From assembly GCA_963789435.1 (NCBI GenBank), contig CAWBKO010000007.1, forward strand, positions 66,075-130,074: a stretch of 64,000 nucleotides of DNA. Direction: 5' to 3'. The translations under genes were made by a program, and so were the position numbers. Of the stretch, positions 10,577 to 21,079 are shown piece by piece. Source of the stretch: an uncultured Chloroflexia bacterium. GTDB lineage: Bacteria; Chloroflexota; Limnocylindria; QHBO01. The number at the start of each line of letters is the position of its first letter. The stretch's first letter is position 1. The notes under the pieces were generated by a model. The model saw only the letters and a list, made by a program, of their open reading frames with translations. It was not told the DNA's origin and ran no database searches.

Positions 10577-11786
10577 CTACTGGCAGGCGGCCGGTGCCGA
10601 GGCCGCGTCGACGCCCTCACACAGGACGTCCTTGGTGAGCCATCCCGAGTCGAGAATCAGGTCGAGGTTCTCGGCCGTGATGGGCTGTGGCTGGAGGATG
10701 AACGAATTGACGACGTTCTCGTCGCCCGAGTCCGGCTCTCCGTCCGGTCCGGGGTCGTGAACTCCGCGGCGGTCAGGCCCGCCGTCGGCGCGACATCAGG
10801 GTTGACCAACCCGTCGGGGATCGTCACCGACGCCAGGTCCGGGTTCTCGCACAGCTGCAGCGCCGCTGCGCCGGCGACCTTGCCCAGCTCGTTGGCGTCC
10901 TTCCAGACGTCGACGTACTGGAGTCCCTTGGCCACGTTCTGCAGGTTGGCCGTGTCGCCATCCTGGCCACTGACCGGGATCGGGTCGTACCCCTTGGCCT
11001 GGAGAGCGGCCACGACACCGAGCGCCGTGCTGTCGTTCTCCGCCAGCACCGCGTCGATCTGGACACCATCTGCGTTGGCCGAGTCGATGATCGCTTCCAT
11101 GTTGTTCTGCGCGGTCTGGGTGTCCCACGCGTCGGTGAACTGGTCAGCGACGATGGTGATCTCGCCCGAATCGATCTTGTCCTGCGAGGCCCGCCTCATC
11201 CCAGCCCGAGGGCAGGAAGGTGGAGGCATTCGGGTCGCCCGGGTCTCCCTTGATGAGGACGTAGTTGCCCTCCGGCACCGCCTCGAACATCGCCTCGGCC
11301 TCGGCCCTGCCGACGCCCACGTTGTCGAACGTGATGTAGAGGATGTCTCGGATCCTCGATCAGGCGGTCATAGGCGATGACCGGAACGCCCGCATTGGCG
11401 GCCGTCTCCAGGGCCGGTCCCACGCCGGCGGTGTCCTGGGCGAGCAGGATGAGGACGTCCGCGCCCTGCCCGATCGAGCGTCTCAACGTCCGTCAGCTGC
11501 TGGACGGTGTCGAGGTTGGCATCGGCGTCGATGTAGGTTCCGCCACCCGCCTCAACCGTCTCCTGGATGTTCGGCTTGTCCTTTGCCGCCCAGCGCGGCT
11601 GCTGGAAGTTGTTCCACGACACGGCGACGGTGCAGTCGCCCTGCGGCCGCGGGCTCCGATGCGGCGGGCTCCGATCCTGCGGGCTCGGATGCGGCGGGCT
11701 CTGACGACTCGGTCGCCGCCGCCGGTGCACGCGGCCAGCACGAGGGCGATGGTGCCCAGGGTTGCCGCGAACCTCCGATTGAACAT
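10577..11786 (-). CDS. xylF: D-xylose ABC transporter substrate-binding lipoprotein; frame-disrupted (>=5 shifts)
   Basis: ATG at 11786 after GGAGGAG. Lipobox in MFNRRFAATLGTIALVLAAC, then an EPA-rich linker. XylF-like blocks lie across several frames: SWNNFQQPRWAAKDK, VPVIAYDRLIEDP, DILYITFDNVGVG, VPEGNYVLIKGDPGDPNASTF, DSGEITIVADQFTDAW, IDAVLAENDSTALGVVAAL, VSGQDGDTANLQNVAKGLQYVDVWK. These match by eye the E. coli XylF blocks AYDRMINDA/FYISFDNEKVG/VPQGNYFLMGG/ISGQDADLAG. Ends ...APAACQ-stop at 10577. Confidence 0.85.
11651..11710 (-). repeat. Four tandem 15-bp units (pentapeptide period) inside the xylF signal-peptide/linker region
   Basis: gggctccgatgcggc / gggctccgatcctgc / gggctcggatgcggc / gggctctgacgactc. 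In one minus-strand frame this reads SEPAASEPAGSEPAASEPAA. Confidence 0.85.
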
Positions 11787-11813
11787 AGGTGGTCTCCTCC
11801 GACTTCCTTCGTC

Positions 11814-11828
11814 GCCATCCACGATGGC
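11814..11828. promoter_or_regulatory. 15-bp palindrome GCCATC-CAC-GATGGC, 28-42 nt upstream of the xylF start, in the xylF / Gfo-oxidoreductase divergent intergenic region; candidate operator
   Basis: Perfect 6-bp arms with a 3-nt spacer, read directly from the sequence. No cognate regulator gene is present in the window, so function is speculative. Confidence 0.25.
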
Positions 11829-12022
11829 ATGCCCCGCAGTAGGCTACTCCCCTGTCAAGGCCGGGACGGCCGGCGGGCGTGCATGGTCGCAGGCCGCGGT
11901 GCCGACGTTGACGTAGACTCATCCATCGCGACGGTGCGTGTCAATACGTCGGCCAAGGTTCGAGTCGAACGCTCGCCCCGGAGCGTCGGGCCGCGAGCCC
12001 AATCGTGCCCATGGAGTGACTG

Positions 12023-13030
12023 TTGGCGATGGCGCCGAACCGACGGCTGCGCTGGGGAATCCTGTCGACCGCGACCATCGCGCGGACCAAGGTCATCCCC
12101 GGCATCGCGAGGGCCGAGCACTGCGAGGTCGTCGCCATCGCCTCGCGCGACATCGCCCTCGCCGAGCGCGTGGCCGCGGAGCTTTCCATCCCGACGGCGC
12201 ACGGCTCGTACGAGGCGCTCCTCGCCGACCCGGGCATCGACGCCGTGTACATCCCGCTCCCGAACCACCTGCACGCCACGTGGGCGATCGCCGCTGCCGA
12301 GGCCGGCAAGCACGTCCTGTGCGAGAAGCCCCTGGCGACCACCGCCCGCGACGCCGAGCGCATGATCGAGGCCGCGGAGCGTGCCGGTGTCCAGCTCATG
12401 GAAGCCTTCATGTATCGCCTCCATCCGTCGTGGGTTGCCGTTCGCGAGCTCGTGGCGTCCGGACGGATCGGCAGGCTGACAGGCCGTGCAGAGCTGGTTC
12501 TCGTTCTACAACGACGATCCCGCGAACATCCGGAACATCCTCGCGACCGGCGGCGGCGCGCTGTACGACATCGGCTGCTACTCGCGTGAACCTGTCGCGG
12601 ATGCTGTTCGGCGCGGAGCCGACTCGCGTCGAGGGGATCGTCGTGCGCGACCCGGTCGGCGGCACCGACGTGATCGCCAGCGGCATCCTCGCCTTCGGCG
12701 ACGGACTGGCATCCTTCACCTGCTCCATCCGTGCCGAGGACGACCAGCGGGTCGACGTGTACGGCACCGCCGGCCGCATCTCGGTCGAGATCCCGTTCAA
12801 CATCCCGCCCGATCGGCCCACCCGCGTGTTCATCACTGCCGGCGGCGACCCGCCGGTTGCGCCCGAACACGGAGACGCTCAGCTTCGATCCTGCCGATCC
12901 GTACACCGTCGAGGCGGAAGCGTTCGCCACCGCCGTCCTCGATGGCCGCCCGGTGCCGGTGCCGCCGGCCGACGCCGTCGCGAACCTCCACGTCATCGAG
13001 CGGCTGCTCGCCTCGCCGACCCAGCCATGA
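12023..13030 (+). CDS. Gfo/Idh/MocA-family NAD(P)-dependent oxidoreductase; frame-disrupted (3 shifts ~12480, ~12585, ~12860)
   Basis: - ORF 12023..12589: LRWGILSTATIARTKVIPG (Rossmann), AVYIPLPNHLHATWAIAAAEAGKHVLCEKPLA, GVQLMEAFMYRLHP.
- VQSWFSFYNDDPANIRN...GGGALYDIGCY (ORF 12486..).
- FGAEPTRVEGIVVRDPVGGTDV...RVDVYGTAGRISVEIPF (frame of 11938..).
- ETLSFDPADPYTVEAEAFATAVLDG...stop (ORF 12731..13030). Confidence 0.85.
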
Positions 13031-13097
13031 ACCCCTCGTCGGTGGTGGGCGGCCGCCGAGCGCAACCCGCGACCGAGGGCCACGACGCGAGGCGACG

Positions 13098-14762
13098 ATG
13101 ACCCGTCGGGCGCCCGCATCGCCATCGTGGCCGGGATCCTGCTGTTCGCCGCGGCTGTGGTTGGCGCCTCGATCGCGCTGACCCCGACATCGCCGGCGGC
13201 CGCCCTGGCGGCGCCGCGCTTCGTCGAGGAAGCCGCGGCCGCAGGCATCGACCACCGCTATGACGGCGAGTTCACCTACTTCGTCGGCGGCGGAGTGGCC
13301 GTGCTCGACTGCGATGCCGACGGGCTGCCGGACCTCTACTTCGCCGGCGGCGCCGAGCCCGCGGCGCTGTATCGGAACGCAAGCGTCGGTCGGCGGTGCG
13401 CTCGCCTTCACGGCGGTCCCATCGCCCACGACCGACCTCGACCGAGGTGACCGGCGCGTATCCCCTCGACGTGGACGCGGACGGGCTGGTCGACATCGCC
13501 GTGCTCCGCATCGGGGAGACCGTGCTGCTGCGAGGCACCGGCGGGTGCGCCTTCGAGCGCGCGAATGAGCGATGGGGGTTCGACGGCGGCGACGCGTGGA
13601 CCGTTGCCTTCAGCGCGACATGGGAGGACGAGTCGACCCTGCCGACGCTCGCGATCGGCAACTATCTCGTGCTCGACGACGAGAACGACGCCGTTGCCGA
13701 GCTACGACTGCGACGACAACGAGCTCTTCCGGCCGGCGGACGATGGCGGCGTATGCGGCGCCGATCGCACTCCGCCCGGCATGGTGCACGCTCTCGCTCC
13801 TCTTCAGCGACTGGGACCGATCCGGACGCCGCGACCTTCGCGTCTCGAACGACCGGCACTACTACGTCGAGGGCCAGGAGCAGCTCTGGCGGATCGAGAC
13901 GGGCACGGCTCCCGAGCTGTGGACCCGCGAGGAGGGCTGGCAGCCGCTGCGCATCTGGGGCATGGGGATCGCCAGCTACGACCTGACGGGCGACGGCTAC
14001 CCCGAGGTCTACCTCACCAGCCAGGCCGACAACAAGCTGCAGACCCTCGTGAACGGCGCGACGCGGCCGGAGTACACCGACATCGCGATCCAGCGCGGCG
14101 TGACCGCGCACGAGCCCTACGCCGGCGATGTGACGATGCGGTCGACCGCGTGGCATCCGGAGTTCGAGGACGTGAACAACGACGGCTTCATCGACCTGTT
14201 CGTGTCGAAGGGCAACGTGGAGGCGATCGCCGGACTACGCGGCCCGAGACCCGAACAACCTGCTCATCGGCCAGCCCGACGGCACGTTCGTGGAGGGCGG
14301 AGGCGAGGCGGGCATCGAGACCTTCCTGCGCGCGCGCGGCGCCGCGCTCGCCGACCTCAACCTCGACGGGCTTCTCGACCTCGTGGTCGTCAACCGACGC
14401 GAGCCCGTCCAGCTATGGCGCAACGTCGGGGGCGGCGATGCGTCGGCGCCCGCGCCGATGGGCAACTGGCTGGCGGTGCGGCTCGAGCAGCCGGGCGCGA
14501 ACAGGGACGCGATCGGCGCCTGGATCGAGGTGCGTGCAGGAGGCCGGATCTCGAGCCGCGAGCTCACCGTCGGGGGCGGGCACGCGTCCGGGCAGCTCGG
14601 CTGGTCGCACTTCGGCCTCGGCGAAGCGGACCGTGCCGAGATCCGCGTGACGTGGCCGGACGGCGAGGTCGGTGCGTGGCAGCGCGGTCGAGGCCGAACG
14701 GATTCGCCGTCGTCGACCGTGCGGCGGGCGAGATCCAGCCCTGGACCCGCCGACGGTGGTGA
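13098..14762 (+). CDS. CRTAC1-family protein (FG-GAP/VCBS repeats + ASPIC/UnbV C-terminal domain), membrane-anchored or secreted; frame-disrupted (~6-7 shifts); alternative start 13127
   Basis: N-terminal TM/signal AGILLFAAAVVGASIALTP. Repeated Ca-binding-type loops DCDADGLPDLYF, DVDADGLVDIAV, DWDRSGRRDLRVSND, YDLTGDGYPEVYLT, DVNNDGFIDLFVSKG, DLNLDGLLDLVVVNR. UnbV_ASPIC-like end NRDAIGAWIEVRAGGRISSRELTVGGGHASGQLGWSHFGLG. Pieces are spread over ORFs 13127.., 13260.., 13396.., 13565.., 13572.., 14290... Confidence 0.8.
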
Positions 14763-14818
14763 AGCAGTGAGTCGCGCAGGCGCCGCGCCTGGCGCAGATC
14801 GACCTGCCCGAGTTCGGG

Positions 14819-16159
14819 ATGCCGGACGCGATGCCGGAGATCGCGCCGCGAGACGTACGCCGCCCGCCTCGCGCGACTTCGCGAGCGCGCCGACGCGCGC
14901 GGCTACGACCGGCTCGTCGTCTACGCGGACCGCGAGCACAGCGCGAACCTGTCGTACCTGACCGGATTCGACCCGCGCTTCGAGGAGGCATTGCTGGTCG
15001 TCGGCCCGGAGGGCGACCCTGCCGTGCTCGTCGGCAACGAGTGCTACGGCATGGCGGGCGCCGCGCCAGTGCCGATGCGGCGGCATCGGTTCCAGGACTT
15101 CAGCCTGCCTGGCCAGCCGCGCGATCGGTCTCGCGCCGCTCGCCGAGATCCTGGCTGAGGAGGGCATCGGCCCGGGCAGCCGGGTCGGCGTGGTCGGGTG
15201 GAAGACCTATGCCGACGCGCCGAGATGAGCGACCTGCCGGCCTACCTCGTCGACGAGATGCGCGAGATGGTCGGGGCAACCGGTGGTCCGTCGAGAACGC
15301 CACGGACCTGCTCATCGATGCCGCCGACGGCCTGCGGGTGATCAACGAGGTCGAGCAGCTGGCGGCGTTCGAATGGGCGAGCTGCCAGACCTCACAGGGC
15401 GTTCGGCGACTGCTCGCACGGGCTGCGGCCGGGAATGACGGAGCGGGAGGCCGTGGCGCTCCTCGGCTGGAATGGGTGGCCGCTGTCGTGCCACCTCATG
15501 CTGACCGCCGGGCCGCGTGCCACGTTCGGGCTGCTCAGCCCGGGCGATCGTCCGATCGAGCGCGGCGATCGGTTCACGACCGCCTTCGGCATCTGGGGCG
15601 CGCTCACCTGCCGGGCGGGCTTCGTGGCCGAGTCGGCGGACGAGCTGCCCGAACCGATCCGTGACTACGTCGATCGGCTCGTGGCGCCGTACTTCGCGGC
15701 GATCGCCGAGTGGTACGGCGCGATGCGCATCGGCGTCGACCGGCGGGGAGCTGCACGACATCATCGCCCGCCACCTGGGCGACCCGTTCTTCGGCATCTT
15801 CCTCAACCCGGGGCACCAGCTCCACCTCGACGAGTGGGTCAACTCGCCGATCGCCGCCGGCTCGACGATCGAGCTGCGCTCCGGGATGGCGTTCCAGGTC
15901 GACGTCATCCCGGCCACCGGCACCGAGTACTTCACGACGAACATCGAGGACGGCATCGCCCTGGCCGATGCGTCGCTGCGCGCCGCCTTCGAGCAGCGAT
16001 ATCCCGGAGCGTGGACGCGCATCCAGGCTCGCCGGCGATTCATGGCGGACCAGCTGGGAATCGAGCTCCACCCCGACGTCCTGCCCCTTCTCGAACCTGC
16101 CGGGCCACCTGCCGCCCTTCCTCCTCCGACCGGACCGCGCGATGACCCTCGCGGGATGA
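14819..16159 (+). CDS. M24 (creatinase/prolidase-fold) family protein with apparently non-canonical metal-ligand positions; frame-disrupted (~7 shifts)
   Basis: Reconstructed: MPDAMPEIAP-ETYAARLARLRERADARGYDRLVVYADREHSANLSYLTGFDPRFEEALLVVGP...GSRVGVVGWKTY...ENATDLLIDAADGLRVINEVEQLAAFEWA...MTEREAVALLGWNG...GDRFTTAFGIWGALTCRAGFV...GGELHDIIARHLGDPFFGIFLNPGHQLHLDEW...LRSGMAFQVDVIP...TNIEDGIALAD...LPLSNLPGHLPPFLLRPDRAMTLAG-stop (16159). The start is uncertain. Confidence 0.65.
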
Positions 16160-17034
16160 GCCGGCACGCCGAGCTGGTGCTGCGCAGTGACACGCTCGAG
16201 GTGGTCCTGCTCCCTGAGCTCGGCGGACGGCTCCATCGGCTCCGGGCCTTCGGCACGGATCTGCTGCGAACGCCGGGTGATCCGGCAACGCACGGCGACG
16301 AGCCGTTCTTCTGGGGCGCCTACGTCATGGCGCCGTGGTGCAACCGCGCGCAGCCCGGGCCGACACCGATCGCCGGCCGAACCGTCGACCTCCCGTCGAA
16401 CTTCGCCGACGGCTCCGCCATTCACGGCCAGGTGTCCGCTCGGCCGTGGGAGGTGGACGCCGACGGCTCGCTCCACGTCACCGGCGGCGGCGACGGCTGG
16501 CCGTGGGAGTACGAGGTCACCGCATCGGCACTCGTTGATGGGCCGAGCCTCGCCCTCGACTACCGGCTCGTGAATCGCTCGGACGCGCCGATGCCGGGCG
16601 GCATCGGCCTTCATCCCTGGTTCCTCCGCCCGGTCGCACTGCGCATCCCGGCGGAGGCGGTGTACCCGGCCAACGCGGGGTCGACAGCCCGATCCGGAAC
16701 CGGTCGCCGGTGAGCACGACCTGCGCGCTGCCGTCGTCCCCGAGGCCGGCCTCGATGCGACGTGGACCAGGCTCGCGGAGCCACGTATCGAGCTCGAATG
16801 GCCGGACGCCGGCATCCACGCCGAGATCGAGGTGGAGGCCGCGCGCCCGCTCGTCGCGGTCGCCACGCCCGTCGCACGTCGACGCCGATCGCCGTGGAGC
16901 CGCAGACGCACGGGCCGGACGGCCTGCGGCGGCTCGCGAACGGCGAGCCGGACGCGCTGGCGCTCCTGGCACCGGGCGAATCGCTCCGGCTCGGGCTGCG
17001 CCTGAGCTTCGAGGCCGTGGGCACCAGGGCGTGA
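16156..17034 (+). CDS. Aldose 1-epimerase (galactose mutarotase-like) family protein; frame-disrupted (2 shifts ~16690, ~16875)
   Basis: ATG at 16156 overlaps the upstream TGA (ATGA). LEVVLLPELGGRLHRLRAFGTDLLR, FFWGAYVMAPWCNR, IHGQVSARPW, GWPWEYEVTASA, NRSDAPMPGGIGLHPWF (frame of ORF 15517..16713). It then continues ...IELEWPDAGIHAEIEV... and IAVEPQTHGPDGLRRLANGE...stop (ORF 16762..17034). Confidence 0.8.
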
Positions 17035-17057
17035 CCGATGCGCGTATCGTTAGCCCG

Positions 17058-19255
17058 ATGATGACGCCCACGCTCGCGGTACCGGAGCAGGAGCAGGCGC
17101 GACTGGCGCGCGGCGAGCACCACGACCCGCACTCGATCCTGGGCGCCCATCTCAGCGAGGGCGGGACCGTGGTCCGCGCCTTCCACCCCGATGCGAATTC
17201 TGCCGCGCTCGTCGCGCCGAACGGCGGCCGCGCGCCGATGGAATCCGATCGGCAACGGCCTGTGGGCCGGCTTCGTCCCCGACCTCGAGCCCGGCACGTT
17301 CGCCTACCGGATCCGGTTCGCCTTCCCCGACGGCAATGCGTGGGAGCTCGACGACCCGTATCGGTTCGGCCCGACCCTCGGCGAGGTCGACCTGCACCTG
17401 ATCGGCGAGGGCACCCACGAGCACCTGTATGACGTGCTCGGCGCGCATGTCCGCGACGCACGAGGGCGTCAGCCGGCGTGAGCTTCGCCGTCTGGGCACC
17501 AAACGCGCGGAGCGTGCGGATCGTGGGCGACTTCGATCGCTGGGACGGCCGGCTGATGCCGATGCGGTCGATGGGCGCCAGCGGCGTCTGGGAGCTCTTC
17601 GTGCCCGGCATCGACGTCGGCGAGCTCTACAAGTACGAGATCCTCGGCCAGGACGGGACGCTGCGGCTCAAAGCCGATCCGCTTGCCTTCGCGATGCAGG
17701 TTCGCCCCGAGACCGCGTCGCGCGTGTGGGATACGACCTCCTTCACGTGGTCGGACAACGCCTGGATGGCCGAGCGAGCGACCCGCAACCCGTACACGTC
17801 ACCGATGGCCGCCTACGAGGTCCACCTCGGCTCCTGGCGACGCAATCCGGACGGCTCGTGGCTGGGCTATCGCGAGGCGGGCCAGCAGCTGGTCGAGCAC
17901 TGCCGCCGCTTCGGATTCACGCACGTCGAGCTGCTGCCGGTGGCCGAGCACCCGTTCGACGGCTCGTGGGGCTACCAGGTCACCGGCTACTACGCCCCGA
18001 CCTCCCGATTCGGCTCGCCGGACGACTTCGCTGCCATGGTCGACATCCTGCACAACGCCGGCATCGGGGTGCTGGTCGACTGGGTGCCCGCGCACTTCCC
18101 GACCGACGACTTCGCGCTCCGCCGCTTCGACGGGACCGCGCTGTACGAGCACGCCGATCCGCAGCGCGGCGAGCATCCCGACTGGGGCACGCTCATCTTC
18201 GACTTCGGCCGCCCCGAGGTCCGCAACTTCCTGGTCGCCAACGCGCTCTTCTGGTTCGACCGCTATCACATCGACGGTCTGCGGGTGGATGCGGTGGCCT
18301 CGATGCTCTACCTCGACTACTCACGCAAGGCCGGCCAGTGGACGCCGAACGTCCACGGCGGGCGCGAGAACCTCGAGGCGATCGTCTTCCTGCGCGAGAT
18401 GAACGAGCGCGTCTACCGGCGCTTCCCGGGCGCGGTCACCATCGCGGAGGAGTCGACCGCATTCCCCGGCATCACCGCGGCCGACCTATCTCGGCGGCAT
18501 CGGCTTCGGCTTCAAATGGGACATGGGCTGGATGCACGACACGCTCGCGTTCTTCAAGGAGGACCCGGTCCATCGCCGCTTCCACCACGACAAGCTGACC
18601 TTCCGCGGCCTGTACGTGAACACCGAGCAGTTCGTCCTGCCGCTCTCTCACGACGAGGTGGTGCACGGCAAGGGATCGCTGCTGCGACAAGATGCCCGGG
18701 GACGAGTGGCAGCGCTTCGCCAACCTGCGCGCACTGCTGGTCGACATGTGGGGCCAGCCGGGCAAGAAGCTCATCTTCATGGGAGCGGAGCTGGCGCCCT
18801 GGACGGAGTGGGACCACGACCATCCCCTTCCGTGGGAGCTGCTCGATGCGCCGATGCACGGCGGCGTCGCTCGCTTCGTCGAGGACCTCGGCCGCGTCTA
18901 CGCGTCGACGCCGGCGCTCTGGGCCGCCGATCACGAGCCCGAGGGCTTCGCCTGGATCGACGCATCCGACGTCGAGGCATCGGTCTATGCCTGGATCCGC
19001 CGCGCGGCCGCGGACCTGGCGGTCGTGGTCATCAACCTGACGCCCGTCCCCCGGATGGACTACCGCCTCGGCCTGCCGGCCGCCGGCCGATGGGTGGAAG
19101 CGATCAACTCTGACTCCGAGCACTACGGGGGCTCAAACCTCGGCAACCTCGGCGGCGTCGAGGCGGTTGACGAGTCCTGGCACGGGCAGCCCGCCTCGGC
19201 CACCCTGACCCTCCCGCCGCTGAGCGGTCTGATCCTGCGGCCCGCCGCCGAATAG
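17058..19255 (+). CDS. glgB: 1,4-alpha-glucan branching enzyme GlgB; frame-disrupted (4 shifts ~17240, ~17470, ~18485, ~18690)
   Basis: [11 protein letters not shown]; [25 protein letters not shown]; YKYEI; [11 protein letters not shown]; [29 protein letters not shown]; [11 protein letters not shown]; [17 protein letters not shown]; AEESTAFPG; [16 protein letters not shown]; [17 protein letters not shown]; [17 protein letters not shown]. Pieces lie in ORFs 16710.., 17191.., 17478.., 18523.., 18692..19255. Confidence 0.95.
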
Positions 19256-19269
19256 CCCGCGGATCCTCT

Positions 19270-21079
19270 CTACCGGCGCAGCGCCGCAACGATCGATCGA
19301 ACGCGCGGATCCTCACCGAGCTCCTCGATCGGAGCGGGCAGCGCGAGCGACCAGTTGTCGCGATGCGGCGGGACCGTCCCGGGCATGTTCGGCCGCTCCC
19401 CGACGCGAAGCGCGTCCTCCAGCGTCGCGGCGATCAGCATCGGCGGCGCTGCGGCAAGGCGGCGGTGCAACCCGTCGACCAGCTCGTCGAGCGACGCATC
19501 GGGGGCGACGCCCGCCGCGCGCGCCAGGCGGGATCGCAGCAAGGCGAGGCCGGCGGGATCGGGTGTCACGCCCGAGGCCGCCTGGTCGCCGAGATCCGTG
19601 CCACCCCACGTCCCGGCCATGGTCGGCAGGTCGTGTGTCGTCACGCCGGCGAAGGCCTGCTGCGGGTAGCGGGCCGGCTCGACGCGCTCGAACAGGGCGA
19701 GGCGAGTCGAGAGCAGGCGGCGACGGTGGAGCTCTTCGCGGACGCCGGCCGGGACGGTCCCGAGGTCCTCGCCGATGACGACCGCGCCGGCGCGGTGCGA
19801 CTCGAGCGCCACGATCTCGAGCAGCTCGTCGGTGTGGGATCGAACGTAGGCGCCTCGCGACGGATCCTGGCCGGACGGAACCCACCACAGCCGGAAGAGG
19901 CCGAGCACGTGATCGATCCGCAGCCCACCGGCATGCCGCAGCTGGGCGTGGATCGTGTCGATGAACGGGCGATACGCCGCCTGGCGCAGCCGATGCGGGA
20001 TGAACGGCGGCAGGCCCCAGACCTGGCCGGCCGCGTTGAACCGGTCCGGCGGCGCACCGACCGAGGCATCCATGGCGAGCGACGCCTGCCATTCCCACGC
20101 GTCGAAGCCGCCGGGATCGACCCCGACCGGCATGTCGGCGACGCGAAAGAGCGGGACCGATGCCGCGGCCAGCTGTCGATCGAAGCACCACTGGATCCAG
20201 GCATGGAACGCGACGCGATCGGCATCTCCCTCTGCGGCGCGCGCCACGGCCGGACCGAGGGGATCGCGGAGCTCCTCGGGCCAGCGATGCCAGCCGGCGC
20301 CGAGGCGCTCGGTCAGGACCACGAAGACGGCCCACCGCTCGAGTGCTGCGCCGCGCTCCGCCCGCCAGGCGTCGAAGGTCGAACGGTCGGCCCCCGCTGC
20401 CCAGATGCGTTCGAGCGCGCCCATCTTGAGCGCCGCCACCCGGGACCGGTCGATCCGACGCTCGGCATTCAGAGCGCGGCCGGCCGTGGCCAGCTGGGCG
20501 AGCTCGTCGCCGACGCGCTCGCGCGCCGGGAACCTCCTCGATCCGCAGGTGCAGCGGGCTGCCGAACCGTCGGGTGCTCGGGTAGTAGGGGCTCGGCTCA
20601 GGCTCGGGCCCTGGGTTCGGCGCGCCGAGCGGCCCGACGGCCAGGAAGCCCGCCCCCGCCCCCGCCGACCACGCACCCAGCTCCCGAAGATCGGCAAGGT
20701 CGCCGATCCCCCAGCTGCTCCGCGTCCGGGTGGCTGCCAGCTGGATCGCCCAGCCCCAGGCCCGCAGACCGGCCGGCAGGTGGCAGCGGCCGGGGCCGGT
20801 GATGACCAGCTGCTGGCCGCCGTCGTCGCGCACGAGCCGGTGGTAGCCGTACGGCGCATCGACCGGCACGGCGTCGGTGCGGCCCAGGCTGGAGCCGTCC
20901 TCGAGGACGAGCTCGCCGGCCATCGGCAGGCGAGCGCCGCGCCGGACGACCGCGACGGCGTCGGCGTCCGCCTCGTCCGGTCCCATCGCGGCGACCACGG
21001 CGGCGAGGACGTCGGGAGCGATTGCCCGCGCCACGCCGTTCGCGTCGATGTAGGAGTCGAGGACCAGCGAGCGGGTCAC
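19270..21079 (-). CDS. malQ: 4-alpha-glucanotransferase (amylomaltase) MalQ, actinobacterial long form; frame-disrupted (1 shift ~20525)
   Basis: GTG at 21079 overlaps the treY TGA (GTGA). N-terminal part lies in the frame of ORF 19313..21988 (WGWAIQLAATRTRSSWGIGDLADLRELG...GPLGAPNP...SPYYPSTRRFGSPLHLRIEEV). The rest is ORF 19270..20859 (PVGVDPGGFDAWEWQ, GAPPDRFNAAGQVWGLPPF, GGLRIDHVLGLFRLWWVP, VIGEDLGTVP, VTTHDLPT, PNMPGT). Confidence 0.9.

Noticed and set aside
11651-11710. Possible CRISPR array (also 44182..44222 and 1815..2291)
   Set aside because: The repeats are directly tandem with no spacers. They lie inside coding sequence with a period divisible by three (15 or 174 bp), and no cas genes are present.
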